NCBI GenBank assembly: GCA_017936925.1
Contig: JAGBEP010000013.1
Location: forward strand, 5,634 to 69,633
Length of the DNA: 64,000 nt
Direction of reading: 5' to 3'
Source of the DNA: Clostridia bacterium
GTDB lineage: Bacteria; Bacillota; Clostridia; TANB77; CAG-508
Part shown: in pieces, positions 1-9,517 of the stretch
Numbering within the stretch: position 1 is the first letter of the stretch
How the letters are laid out: the number at the start of each line of letters is the position of its first letter
Notes under the pieces: generated by a model
Told to the model about the DNA's origin: nothing
Databases searched by the model: none
What the model saw: only the letters and a program-made list of their open reading frames with translations
Made by a program: the position numbers and the translations under genes

Positions 1-1058
1 ATTTGTTTTGCTTTTACTCCCATTTGTTTTAGTTCTTTTGGATTTTCTAAAAGTTTGTCTATTGTATTTGATAAATTTTCTGAGTTTACTTCTTCATTTA
101 ATATTATTTTCGCTGCACCTAACTTTTCTAATACTTTTGCATTATCAATTTGTCTATTAGCTGACATGCTTGGAAGTGGTATAAATATTGATGGCTTTCC
201 TACTAAACTGATTTCTGTTATTGTCATTGCTCCACTTCTTGCTACTATAATATCTACTATATTCATTATTTCACTCATATTGTATATGTAAGGAACAATT
301 TTGGTATTTTCTATTTTATCTATATTTATAGTATTTTTATCAAATTCTTCTTTTATAATATCGTATTGTTTTGGACCTACTGACCATATTATTTGATATT
401 TTTTATTTTTATGTTCTTTTATCATTGGAATCATTGCATCATTTATGGCTTTTGCCCCTTGACTTCCTCCAAATACTAATATTGTTGGTAAATTCTCTTT
501 TAATCCTAATTCTGATAATATTTTTGCTTTTTCTTCTTTTGAAAAGCTTTGTTCTTTTACTTTAGTTGGATTTCCTGTTACTACTAGTTTTGATTTATCA
601 TTAAAATAGTCTTCAGCATCTTTAAATCCTAATAGAATTTTTGTTAATTTTTTTTCTAAAAATTTTGTGGCCTTTCCTGGATATGCATTGCTTTCATGTA
701 TCATCGTAGGTATTCCAAGTTTACTTGCAGAAAGTAAAGTTCCTCCACAAATATATCCACCTGTTCCTATAACTATATCTGGATTAAATTCTTTTACTAT
801 TTTTTTTGCTTGACCAAATCCTTTTAATGTTTTGATATTTCTTTTTAGTGTCTCTATTGAAATTTTTTTGCTTATTCCATATGCTTCTACTGTTTTTAGT
901 TTGTATCCCGCTCTTGGAACTAAATCATTTTCAATTCCTCTTTCTGTTCCAACAAATATTATTTCTGAATCTGGTTCTTTTTCTTTTATTTTGTTTGCAA
1001 TTGCTATTCCAGGATTTATGTGTCCTCCTGTTCCAGCTGCTGCTATTATTACTTTCAA
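1..1058 (-). CDS. murG: UDP-GlcNAc:lipid I GlcNAc transferase MurG (3' end runs off the window)
   Basis: Not in the ORF track. Manual translation from TTG at 1058 gives MKVIIAAAGTGGHINPG, with GTGGY, HESNAYPG, TGNP and FGGSQGA motifs. The start overlaps the ftsW stop. Confidence 0.95.
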   Translation of the reverse strand, partial: MKVIIAAAGTGGHINPGIAIANKIKEKEPDSEIIFVGTERGIENDLVPRAGYKLKTVEAYGISKKISIETLKRNIKTLKGFGQAKKIVKEFNPDIVIGTGGYICGGTLLSASKLGIPTMIHESNAYPGKATKFLEKKLTKILLGFKDAEDYFNDKSKLVVTGNPTKVKEQSFSKEEKAKILSELGLKENLPTILVFGGSQGAKAINDAMIPMIKEHKNKKYQIIWSVGPKQYDIIKEEFDKNTINIDKIENTKIVPYIYNMSEIMNIVDIIVARSGAMTITEISLVGKPSIFIPLPSMSANRQIDNAKVLEKLGAAKIILNEEVNSENLSNTIDKLLENPKELKQMGVKAKQ

Positions 1059-2203
1059 TTTATTCCTCCTTGTGCAGATGGATTTCCAGCTTTTGAAACA
1101 CTTAATAATATTCCTACTGCTGCCATTTCTATAATTAATGCTGTTCCTCCATAACTAAAGAATGGTAATGCCATTCCGGTTACAGGCATTGATGCTGTAA
1201 CAACTGCTATATTTATTAATACTTGAATTGCAATCATTGATGTTAGCCCTGCTGCTAAAAGACTACCAAACATGTCTGGTGCTTTCATTGCAATTGTAAT
1301 TCCTCTCCATATTAATATTGCAAATAGTATTATCACTACTGCACATCCTATAAAACCTAATTCTTCTGCTAATACTGCAAATATAAAGTCATTATGTGGC
1401 TCTGATATATATAAGTATTTTTGTTTACTATCACCTAATCCTACTCCAAACAAACCTCCTGAACCAATTGCATATAAACTTTGGATTATTTGCCATCCAT
1501 CACCTAATGCATCTTGCCATGGATCCCAAAATGTTATAAGTCTTTGCATTCTGAATCCTTGGCCTGCTAGAAATAATGCTGCTATACCGGCTGTTGCTAA
1601 TGGTACTCCTATAAATATAAAATATCTTATTTTACAGCCTGCAAGAATCATTAATATTGCTACTAGTGCTAATATTACTAATGTTGCACTAAAGTGATTT
1701 TGACCAAATAATATTATTATTGCTACTGGTGCAATCATAAGTATTGGCTTTAAAAATCCATATTTGAATGTTTTTAATTTTTCTTTATTTTTAGTTAGCC
1801 ATGCTGAATAAAATATTATAGCTCCTACTTTCATAAGCTCTGATGGCTGGAATGATATTATTCCAAGATCTAGCCATCTTTTTGCTCCGTGTGAAGCAGC
1901 CCCTAATACAAATACTGCAAATAAACTTGCAAAACATAATGCAAATATTACTTTATAATTTTTCTGTAATATTTTATAGTCCATTTTAAAAAATATTATT
2001 GCAACAACTATTCCTATTGCAGCAAATTTTGCTTGGCTCCAGAAATATTCATAGCTATTTCCTGTTTTTGATAATGCTGTCGGCGAGCTGGCTGATAGTA
2101 GTGTAACTAACCCTAGCCCTAATAATATTGCTACGGTTATTGCTAATGTAAAATCAAATTGGCCTTTTAAAGTTAGTGAACTTTTCTTTTTCTTTTTCGC
2201 CAT
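1055..2203 (-). CDS. ftsW: SEDS family protein FtsW/SpoVE
   Basis: GAKRW, FQPSE, EPHNDFIFA and LPFFSYGG motifs; lies between mraY and murG. Confidence 0.92.
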   Translation of the reverse strand: MAKKKKKSSLTLKGQFDFTLAITVAILLGLGLVTLLSASSPTALSKTGNSYEYFWSQAKFAAIGIVVAIIFFKMDYKILQKNYKVIFALCFASLFAVFVLGAASHGAKRWLDLGIISFQPSELMKVGAIIFYSAWLTKNKEKLKTFKYGFLKPILMIAPVAIIILFGQNHFSATLVILALVAILMILAGCKIRYFIFIGVPLATAGIAALFLAGQGFRMQRLITFWDPWQDALGDGWQIIQSLYAIGSGGLFGVGLGDSKQKYLYISEPHNDFIFAVLAEELGFIGCAVVIILFAILIWRGITIAMKAPDMFGSLLAAGLTSMIAIQVLINIAVVTASMPVTGMALPFFSYGGTALIIEMAAVGILLSVSKAGNPSAQGGIN

Positions 2204-2215
2204 TTTCTCTCCTTT

Positions 2216-3196
2216 TTATATAACGGAAAATAATCCTATTACACATAACAAAATTGTTGTTATACTGAATACTGTGACAATTTTGTTTTCTCTCCATCCA
2301 CATAGTTCAAAATGATGGTGAATTGGAGTCATTTTGAAAAACCTTTTTTTAGTTTTCTTAAAGTAAGCTACTTGAATTATTACTGATAAAGTCTCTATTA
2401 CTGGTACAGCTGCAATTATTAGTATTAGTAGTGGCATTTTTAGATATATTGTGCTACATGCTACTACTCCTCCTAATAAAAGTGAACCTGTATCTCCCAT
2501 AAATACTTTTGCTTTATTTAAGTTAAATATTAAGAATCCTAAGCATGTTCCACAAACTATACTTCCTAATATTACTACTTCTTTTACGTCCAATATTATT
2601 GCAATTACTGTTATTGTTGTTACAATCGTTAGTGTAACACATGTTGCTAATCCATCTACTCCATCTGTTAAGTTTATCGCATTTGTTGTTGCTAATATTA
2701 CAAATATAGTAAATGGTACGTAGATTATTGCAGGCAATGTAATTGTAGTTTTAAAAAATGGAATTAATATACTTGTTCCTAATCCTAATATTTTTTCTAT
2801 GTAAAACACAAACATTACCGATATTATTAGTAGCCCTAACATTTTTGCTTTGGGTTTTAAACCATCTGTGTTTCTTAGTACTACTTTTTTATAGTCATCT
2901 ATGAAGCCTATTATTCCAAATCCTATTGTTGCCATAATTAGTGGTATTAACTTTTTTCCTACCTCTGGTTCTTTTCCTATGTAGTGGATAAATGCTACAA
3001 TTGATGCTCCTATGATTGATATCGCCATTATTATTCCACCCATTGTTGGCGTTCCACTTTTTTTAAGATGTGATTTTGGACCATCTTCTCTTTCCGATTG
3101 TCCTACTTTTAATCTTTGCAAAATTGGTATTGTAAATATTCCTAGTACAATTGTTGCAAAGAATGATACTAGTAATATCTTTAGTTGAAATTCCAC
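2216..3196 (-). CDS. mraY: Phospho-N-acetylmuramoyl-pentapeptide transferase
   Basis: KSGTPTMGG, NLTDGVDGL, FMGDTGS and PIHHHFE motifs. Confidence 0.97.
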   Translation of the reverse strand: MEFQLKILLVSFFATIVLGIFTIPILQRLKVGQSEREDGPKSHLKKSGTPTMGGIIMAISIIGASIVAFIHYIGKEPEVGKKLIPLIMATIGFGIIGFIDDYKKVVLRNTDGLKPKAKMLGLLIISVMFVFYIEKILGLGTSILIPFFKTTITLPAIIYVPFTIFVILATTNAINLTDGVDGLATCVTLTIVTTITVIAIILDVKEVVILGSIVCGTCLGFLIFNLNKAKVFMGDTGSLLLGGVVACSTIYLKMPLLILIIAAVPVIETLSVIIQVAYFKKTKKRFFKMTPIHHHFELCGWRENKIVTVFSITTILLCVIGLFSVI

Positions 3197-3210
3197 TTTG
3201 TTTTCTCTCC

Positions 3211-4681
3211 TTATTTCATATTGTTTATTATGTCTTTTACTATTATTCTCTCATCAAAAGGATATTTTACTTTATTTATTTCTTGATAAGGTTCGTGACC
3301 TTTTCCGGCTAATATTACTATATCTTTTTTATTTGCCATTGTTATTGCTCTTTCAATAGCTTGTTTTCTATCTACGATTATTTCATATTTTCCTTTTGTT
3401 TTTGATATTCCGGCTTCAATATCTTTTATAATTGATTCTGGATCTTCTGTTCTTGGATTATCTGAAGTTACTATGCTGTAATCTGCTATTCTACCTGCTA
3501 TTTCACCCATAATTGGTCTTTTGCTTGAGTCTCTGTCTCCTCCGCATCCAAAAACAACTATTACTCTTCCTTTAGTATATGTTTTTACTGCTTGTAATAT
3601 GTTTTCTAAACTTTCTGGTGAGTGAGCATAATCAATCATTATACTTAATTCTTTTTTGTTTGGAACTAATTCACTTCTTCCTGGAATTTTTATTGTTTCT
3701 AATGCTGTTTTTATTATTTCTGGTGAACATCCATAATATAAGGCTACTGATATTGCAGCTAATGAATTATATACACTAAATCTTCCTGGTATATCTACTT
3801 TTATTCTTTCATTTTTGTCTGTTAATTTTGCTTTAAAATCTACTCCTATGTTTGTAATTGTTATGTCTTTTGCAAGCAAATCACATCCATTGTCAATTCC
3901 ATATGTCTTTACTGGGCATTTAGCTTCTTTTTTTACTCTTGCTCCTCTAAAGTCATCTATATTTATAAATCCCATTTTACACATTTCAAATAATTTCATT
4001 TTGGAATTGAAATACTCTTCCATGTCACTATGTTCTTTTTGGCTTATGTGTTCTTTAGAAAAATTTGTAAATACTCCAACATCAAAATTGCATCCTGTTA
4101 CTCTATTTAATTTTAATGCTTGTGATGAGACTTCCATTACAACATATTCCACTTTTTCTTCTACCATTTGTGCAAACATTTTTTGTAATTCTAAACTTTC
4201 AGGTGTAGTTCTATCACTTTCACCTAAACTTTCTTCTCCTATGTAATTTTCAATTGTTCCTATTAACCCTACTTTTTTTCCTTGCGCTTCTAATAGAGTT
4301 TTTATCATATATGTTGTAGTTGTTTTTCCTTTTGTTCCTGTAACTCCTATTAATTTAAATCTTCTTGATGGATTTTTATAAAAGTTACAAGCAGCTATTG
4401 CCAAAGCATATCTTGTATTAGATGTTACTATAAATGTAACATCTTCTGGCAATTTAATATCTCTTATTTTATTTACGTTCTCTAGTAAAATTGCTGATGC
4501 TCCGTTTTTGTATTGCTTCTTCAATATAATCATGACCATCTTGATCATAACCTGTTACAGCGACAAATAAACTTTCTGGCGTAACTTTTCTTGAATCACA
4601 AGCAATGCTTGATATATCAATATTTACATTTCCTTTAGCTTTTAAGTCGCTAATACCATTTAAAATATCACTTAATTTCAC
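3211..4681 (-). CDS. murE: UDP-MurNAc-tripeptide synthetase MurE, split over two frames by a +1 shift at about 4504 (joined product about 489 aa)
   Basis: The N-terminal frame (4681 down) has DSRKV and DGHDY; the C-terminal frame has GTKGKTT, TTPES, MEVSS, DYAH, DNPR and AGKGHE. The frames join at AAA-C-GGA. Confidence 0.93.
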
Positions 4682-4805
4682 TTTCGATCTCTCCTATTTC
4701 TAAAATCTCTTTTTATTATATACTTAAAAAATTTTTTTGTATAGTATTAATTTTAATTAGTTTTTACTATAATTAATAATATTTTTTATTTTTATAATTA
4801 TATTT

Positions 4806-4836
4806 AAAAAGAAGTAATTTTTAATTACTTCTTTTT
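4806..4836. terminator. Intrinsic terminator downstream of pyrI
   Basis: Inverted repeat AAAAAGAAGTAATT / AATTACTTCTTTTT. Confidence 0.7.
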
Positions 4837-4861
4837 TCTGTATGTTTTTTCTACTTTTATT

Positions 4862-5281
4862 TTAATCTTCTTTTAATGTCTCACAATATTTACATCTGTA
4901 TTTTTTCTTTTTTTCGTCTGATAATATAAATATTTGGTCTAATTTTCTTTCTATTGATGTTATACATCTTGGATTTTGGCATTTTATTATGTTAGTTATT
5001 TGTTTTGGTAATTTTACATGATATTTTTCTATTCTTTTATCATCTTTTATTATATTTATTGTAATGTTGCTATCTAAATATCCTAAAATATCTAAATTCA
5101 AATCAATGTTTTTATCTATTTTTATTATATCTTTTTTCCCCATTTTTTCGCTTCTTGCATTAGTTATTATTGCAACAGAACAGTCTAATTCTCCTAAATT
5201 TAGTGCATTATAAATTTCTAACCCTTTTTTTGCTTGTATATGGTCTATTACAATTCCGTTTTTTATACTATCTATATTCAT
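4862..5281 (-). CDS. pyrI: Aspartate carbamoyltransferase regulatory subunit
   Basis: IKNGIVIDHI, KKDIIK and Zn ligands CQNPRC...CKYC; ATG at 5281 follows AAAGGA. Confidence 0.93.
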   Translation of the reverse strand: MNIDSIKNGIVIDHIQAKKGLEIYNALNLGELDCSVAIITNARSEKMGKKDIIKIDKNIDLNLDILGYLDSNITINIIKDDKRIEKYHVKLPKQITNIIKCQNPRCITSIERKLDQIFILSDEKKKKYRCKYCETLKED

Positions 5282-5307
5282 TTTTATTCCTTTCTTTCCG
5301 AATATAT

Positions 5308-6222
5308 TCAAGAAATTTTTAATAATTTTAATATTAATGCCATTCTTATATATTTTCCATATTTTGCTTGTTTAAAATAGCATGCTCTGTCGTCTTCGTC
5401 TACTTCTGTTGCTATTTCATTTACTCTTGGCAATGGATGCATTATACATAAGTCTTTTTTAGCTTTTTCTAATTTATTTATATTTAAGATATAATAATCT
5501 TTTAATCTTAAATAGTCTTCTTCATTAAAAAATCTTTCTTTTTGTACTCTTGTCATATATAAAATATCTAAATTTTCCATTTTCTCTTCAATATCATTTG
5601 TTTCAATATATTCTATATTGTTTTTTTCTAATATTTCTTCTTTTATGTATTCTGGTATTTTTAGTTCTTCTGGTGATATTAATACAAATTTTATATTTTT
5701 GTATCTTGACATGGCTGTTATTAGTGAATGTACGGTTCTACCAAATTTTAAATCTCCACATACTCCAATTGTAAGGTTATCTAGCCTGTTTTTTTCACAT
5801 GCTATTGTAAGTAAATCTGTTAATGTTTGTGTTGGATGATTATGACCTCCATCGCCTGCGTTTATTATTGGTACTGTTGATTTCATTGCAGCTACTAGAG
5901 GTGCTCCTTCTTTTGGATGTCTCATCGCTATAATATCACTATAACAACCAACAACTTGAATTGTATCTGATACACTTTCTCCTTTTGATGTCGAGCTAGA
6001 TTGTGCATCTGAAAACCCTATTACATTTCCTCCTAATTCCATCATTGCTGCCTCAAAGCTTAGTCTTGTTCGCGTGCTTGGTTCAAAAAATAAAGTAGCC
6101 AATTTTTTATATTTGCATTTTTCTGAATATTTTTCAGGATTTTGCATTATATCTTTGGCTACTTTTATTAGTTCTTCAATTTCTTCTATTGATAGGTCTT
6201 TTATGTCGATTAAATTCTTCAT
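5308..6222 (-). CDS. pyrB: Aspartate carbamoyltransferase catalytic subunit
   Basis: [22 protein letters not shown] and HPLPR motifs. Confidence 0.97.
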   Translation of the reverse strand: MKNLIDIKDLSIEEIEELIKVAKDIMQNPEKYSEKCKYKKLATLFFEPSTRTRLSFEAAMMELGGNVIGFSDAQSSSTSKGESVSDTIQVVGCYSDIIAMRHPKEGAPLVAAMKSTVPIINAGDGGHNHPTQTLTDLLTIACEKNRLDNLTIGVCGDLKFGRTVHSLITAMSRYKNIKFVLISPEELKIPEYIKEEILEKNNIEYIETNDIEEKMENLDILYMTRVQKERFFNEEDYLRLKDYYILNINKLEKAKKDLCIMHPLPRVNEIATEVDEDDRACYFKQAKYGKYIRMALILKLLKIS

Positions 6223-6335
6223 AATTTCCTCCTTAATTAATTTCTTTTTCTATATCAAATATCACTATTGAAGTCAATAGAAAAAAATAATAACATATTC
6301 TTTTTTGAATATGTTATTATTTTGATATTTTTATA

Positions 6336-6473
6336 TTATTCTTCAACTTTTCTGAACATGTCTTTTCCTACTCCACATAGAGGGCAAACCCAATCTGCTG
6401 GTAAATCTTCAAATTTTACACCTTCTACATTTTCATCGTAAATATATCCACAAGCAATGCATTCGTATTTCAT
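6336..6473 (-). CDS. Rubredoxin (45 aa)
   Basis: Not in the ORF track. [14 protein letters not shown]...[15 protein letters not shown] has two CxxC motifs; GGAGG RBS upstream. Confidence 0.95.
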   Translation of the reverse strand: MKYECIACGYIYDENVEGVKFEDLPADWVCPLCGVGKDMFRKVEE

Positions 6474-6511
6474 ATTTTCACCTCCATACATTAATATATA
6501 TTTATTAACAA

Positions 6512-7669
6512 TCATTTTAATAATGATTTTGCTAATTGGTTCATTTCTTCTTTGTTTTTTTCTGTCATTTTAGTTTTTATGGTCACTATGTTTTCTATTA
6601 GTGTAATATTTTTTAATTCACTAATTATCTCTTTCATGCATTTTGCTGCCATTGGTGCCCAAGATCCATTTTCGATTAATGCTATTTTTCTATTTTGATA
6701 ATTTTTATGTTTTAAGTGTCTTAAAAATTTTTCTGTTGTTGGGAATAATCCAGCATCATAAGTTGGTGAAACTATTACTAGTTTATCATATCTAAAAGCA
6801 TCTTCTATTGTTTCAGCCATGTCAGCTCTTGATAAATCACTTATTACAACTTTTTTTGCTCCATTTTCTTTTAATATCTTTTCTAATTCAATTACCGCTT
6901 CTTTTGTGTTTCCATGTATTGAATTATATGCTATTAATACTCCGTCATCTTCTGGTTCATAGCTACTCCATAAATCATATTTATTTATATAATGTTCTAA
7001 ATTTTCTGTTAGTATTGGTCCGTGTAATGGACAAATTGTTTTAATGTCAAGTGTTGATGCTTTTTTTAATAATATTTGCACTTGAGCACCATATTTTCCT
7101 ACTATATTAAAGTAATATCTTCTTGCTTCACAGTCCCAAGGTTCATCTGTATCTAATGTTCCAAATTTTCCAAAACCATCTGCTGAAAATAATATTTTTT
7201 CTGTTTTTTCATATGTTACCATTACTTCTGGCCAATGTACCATCGGTGCCATAAAAAATTGTAATATGTGTTTTCCTAAGCTTATTTTCTCTGTTTCTTT
7301 TACAATAATTAATTTTTCTTGCATATCTTTTTGTATGAATTGTGGTAACATACTTGCTGCTTTTTGGCTTAAAATTATTTTCATCTCTGGATATTTATCT
7401 GTTATTTTTTCAATATTAGCAGAATGATCTGGTTCTAAATGAGATACTACTAAATAGGTTGGTTTTTCACCTTTTAAATCTTTTTCAACCTTTTCTAGCC
7501 ATTCTTCTGTAGCTCTTTTGTCTACTGTATCCATGATTGTTGTTTTTTCATCATGTATTATATATGAATTATATGATACTCCATTTGGTACTATATATTG
7601 ACTTTCGAATAAATCTATTGTTCTGTCGTTTACCCCTACATAGCTTATTGTATCTGTTATTTTTTTCAT
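6512..7669 (-). CDS. Flavodiiron protein (FprA family)
   Basis: HLEPDHS, HWPE, FSADGFG and HGP motifs plus a C-terminal flavodoxin domain; adjacent to rubredoxin. Confidence 0.93.
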   Translation of the reverse strand: MKKITDTISYVGVNDRTIDLFESQYIVPNGVSYNSYIIHDEKTTIMDTVDKRATEEWLEKVEKDLKGEKPTYLVVSHLEPDHSANIEKITDKYPEMKIILSQKAASMLPQFIQKDMQEKLIIVKETEKISLGKHILQFFMAPMVHWPEVMVTYEKTEKILFSADGFGKFGTLDTDEPWDCEARRYYFNIVGKYGAQVQILLKKASTLDIKTICPLHGPILTENLEHYINKYDLWSSYEPEDDGVLIAYNSIHGNTKEAVIELEKILKENGAKKVVISDLSRADMAETIEDAFRYDKLVIVSPTYDAGLFPTTEKFLRHLKHKNYQNRKIALIENGSWAPMAAKCMKEIISELKNITLIENIVTIKTKMTEKNKEEMNQLAKSLLK

Positions 7670-7775
7670 GATTATTTATTCCTTTTCTATGATTTTTTTA
7701 TGTTATTATATGTTATCATAATTTTTTTTCTTATTCAATAATACTGATTCTTAAATTGAAATTTTTATGATAATA

Positions 7776-8669
7776 TTATTTTTCTAAATTCATAATAATC
7801 TCATTTATGACATTTTCTGGTAAAATAAAGTCTGTGTTTACAAAACCAATTTCTGTTTTTATTCCATCTTTTATATGAAAATCTGAACCAGCTGTTACAA
7901 ATAAATTATTTCTTTTTGCAAATTCATTCCACTTTTTAGTTTCGTCAATTCTTTTATTATTTCTGTCTATGTATAAATAATTTGCTTCCAATCCGTCTGG
8001 CTTCAATTCTTTAATAATATCTAAAATATCTTCTTCAGTAAAATTATCTTCATGTATATATGCTATTGGATGTGCTAAAACGACTTTTCCTTTTGCATTT
8101 CTTATTATTTGAGCAGCTTCTTTTGGACTTACAGTTTTTCTTTGTACATATGCTGGACAATTTTCATTCATAATATTTTCTATAAATTCTCCTTTAGTTG
8201 GAATATGTCCAAATTCTAATAGTAATTTTTCTTTATTAACTGGATTTTCTATTGTGTTTAGAGCTATATGAGCTTTTGTGACAGCTTCTATTTTGTCCAA
8301 TTCTGCCACATTTATATGATATTTTAGTTCTTCTAATTTTTTAGCAACATCATGCAAATATTCATGTCTTGTGTTTCTAATTTTTTTTAGTTTTTCTTTA
8401 AGTTCTTCATTATTTAAATCTATATTATAGCCTAATACGTGTATCCCTGCTTTTTTCGTTTTAGTAGAAATTTCTACAGCAGTGATTAACTTTATTTTTT
8501 TATTTTTTGCATATTCGAATAATTCATTATTATATGCATCTACTGTATCATGATCTGCTATTGCAATTACAGATATATTGTTTTTATATGCTTCATCTAT
8601 TACTTCTTTAGGGGTTAGTGTACCATCTGAAACTACTGTATGAATATGTAAGTCTATTCTTTTGGTCAT
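7776..8669 (-). CDS. PHP-domain metal-dependent phosphoesterase
   Basis: DLHIHT..SDG, DHD, LAHP and GSDFH motifs. Confidence 0.9.
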   Translation of the reverse strand: MTKRIDLHIHTVVSDGTLTPKEVIDEAYKNNISVIAIADHDTVDAYNNELFEYAKNKKIKLITAVEISTKTKKAGIHVLGYNIDLNNEELKEKLKKIRNTRHEYLHDVAKKLEELKYHINVAELDKIEAVTKAHIALNTIENPVNKEKLLLEFGHIPTKGEFIENIMNENCPAYVQRKTVSPKEAAQIIRNAKGKVVLAHPIAYIHEDNFTEEDILDIIKELKPDGLEANYLYIDRNNKRIDETKKWNEFAKRNNLFVTAGSDFHIKDGIKTEIGFVNTDFILPENVINEIIMNLEK

Positions 8670-8670
8670 T

Positions 8671-9490
8671 TTATTTTCCTCCTAGTATTCTATTTAAAAC
8701 TTTTGCTACTCCATTTTCATCATTGGATTTTGTTTCATATTTTGCTTTTTCTTTTACTTGTTTTGAACTATTTCCCATGGCGATAGAGTTTGGTGTTATT
8801 TCAAACATTGAAATATCATTTTCTCCATCCCCTATTGTAATAATTTCTTCTGGTTTTATTTTTAAATATTCACAAATTCTTTTTACAGCATTTCCTTTTG
8901 ATACTTTTTTTGATGTTATGTCACAATAGTAATTTTTACTTGGTTTTGCATTTGGATTTTTTAGTTTTTTGGATTCGTTTTCTATTTTTACTTCTTTACA
9001 TTGTTTATATAAATATCTTTTGAAATCATGCATTTTATTAATATCTCTATTGGAAATTACACATTGTACTATTTCTTCATTTTCTATTATTTTTTCTAAT
9101 TCATTGATTGGTAATTCTTTATCTTTTTCCTCTGGGTAAAAAGCTGTATTTAATACTAATTTGTCTTTATAATTTAGTTTTATTTTATATTTATTGTCAT
9201 TTGAATATTTTAATAATTTTGTTATTGTTTCTTTTCTTAAAACTTCATTGTATATTTCTTCTTTTTTATCCAAATCATAACATGAAGCTCCATTAGAGGA
9301 AATTATATATGGGCTAGCTCCAATCTCTTTTTGATAATCAATAGCTTCTTTTCGAGATCGTCCTGATGTTAAAATTATTTTTATATTATTAGTTATGCAT
9401 TTTTTTATTGCATCTAATGTTTCTCCGTGTTATTTCTCTTTGACTATTTGTTAAAGTCTCATCTATATCTATAAATACAGCTTTTATCAT
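8671..9490 (-). CDS. Cof-type HAD hydrolase, split by a +1 shift at about 9427 (joined product about 272 aa)
   Basis: The frame from ATG 9490 gives MIKAVFIDIDETLTNSQREIT (motif I). The +1 frame continues GETLDAIKK...LTSGR...ISSNGA...SKGNA...IGDGENDISM...AMGN. Confidence 0.88.
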
Positions 9491-9517
9491 TTTTTTCCTC
9501 TTTTCTTATGAATTAAG

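Noticed and set aside
5781..5790. AGG as a second frameshift-prone or reassigned codon
   Set aside because: In-frame AGG occurs in intact genes (pyrB here, and AGG-A in the glucan synthase) without a frame break
7690..7775. PerR/Fur-like box upstream of the flavodiiron gene
   Set aside because: Only degenerate AT-rich similarity, with no convincing palindrome
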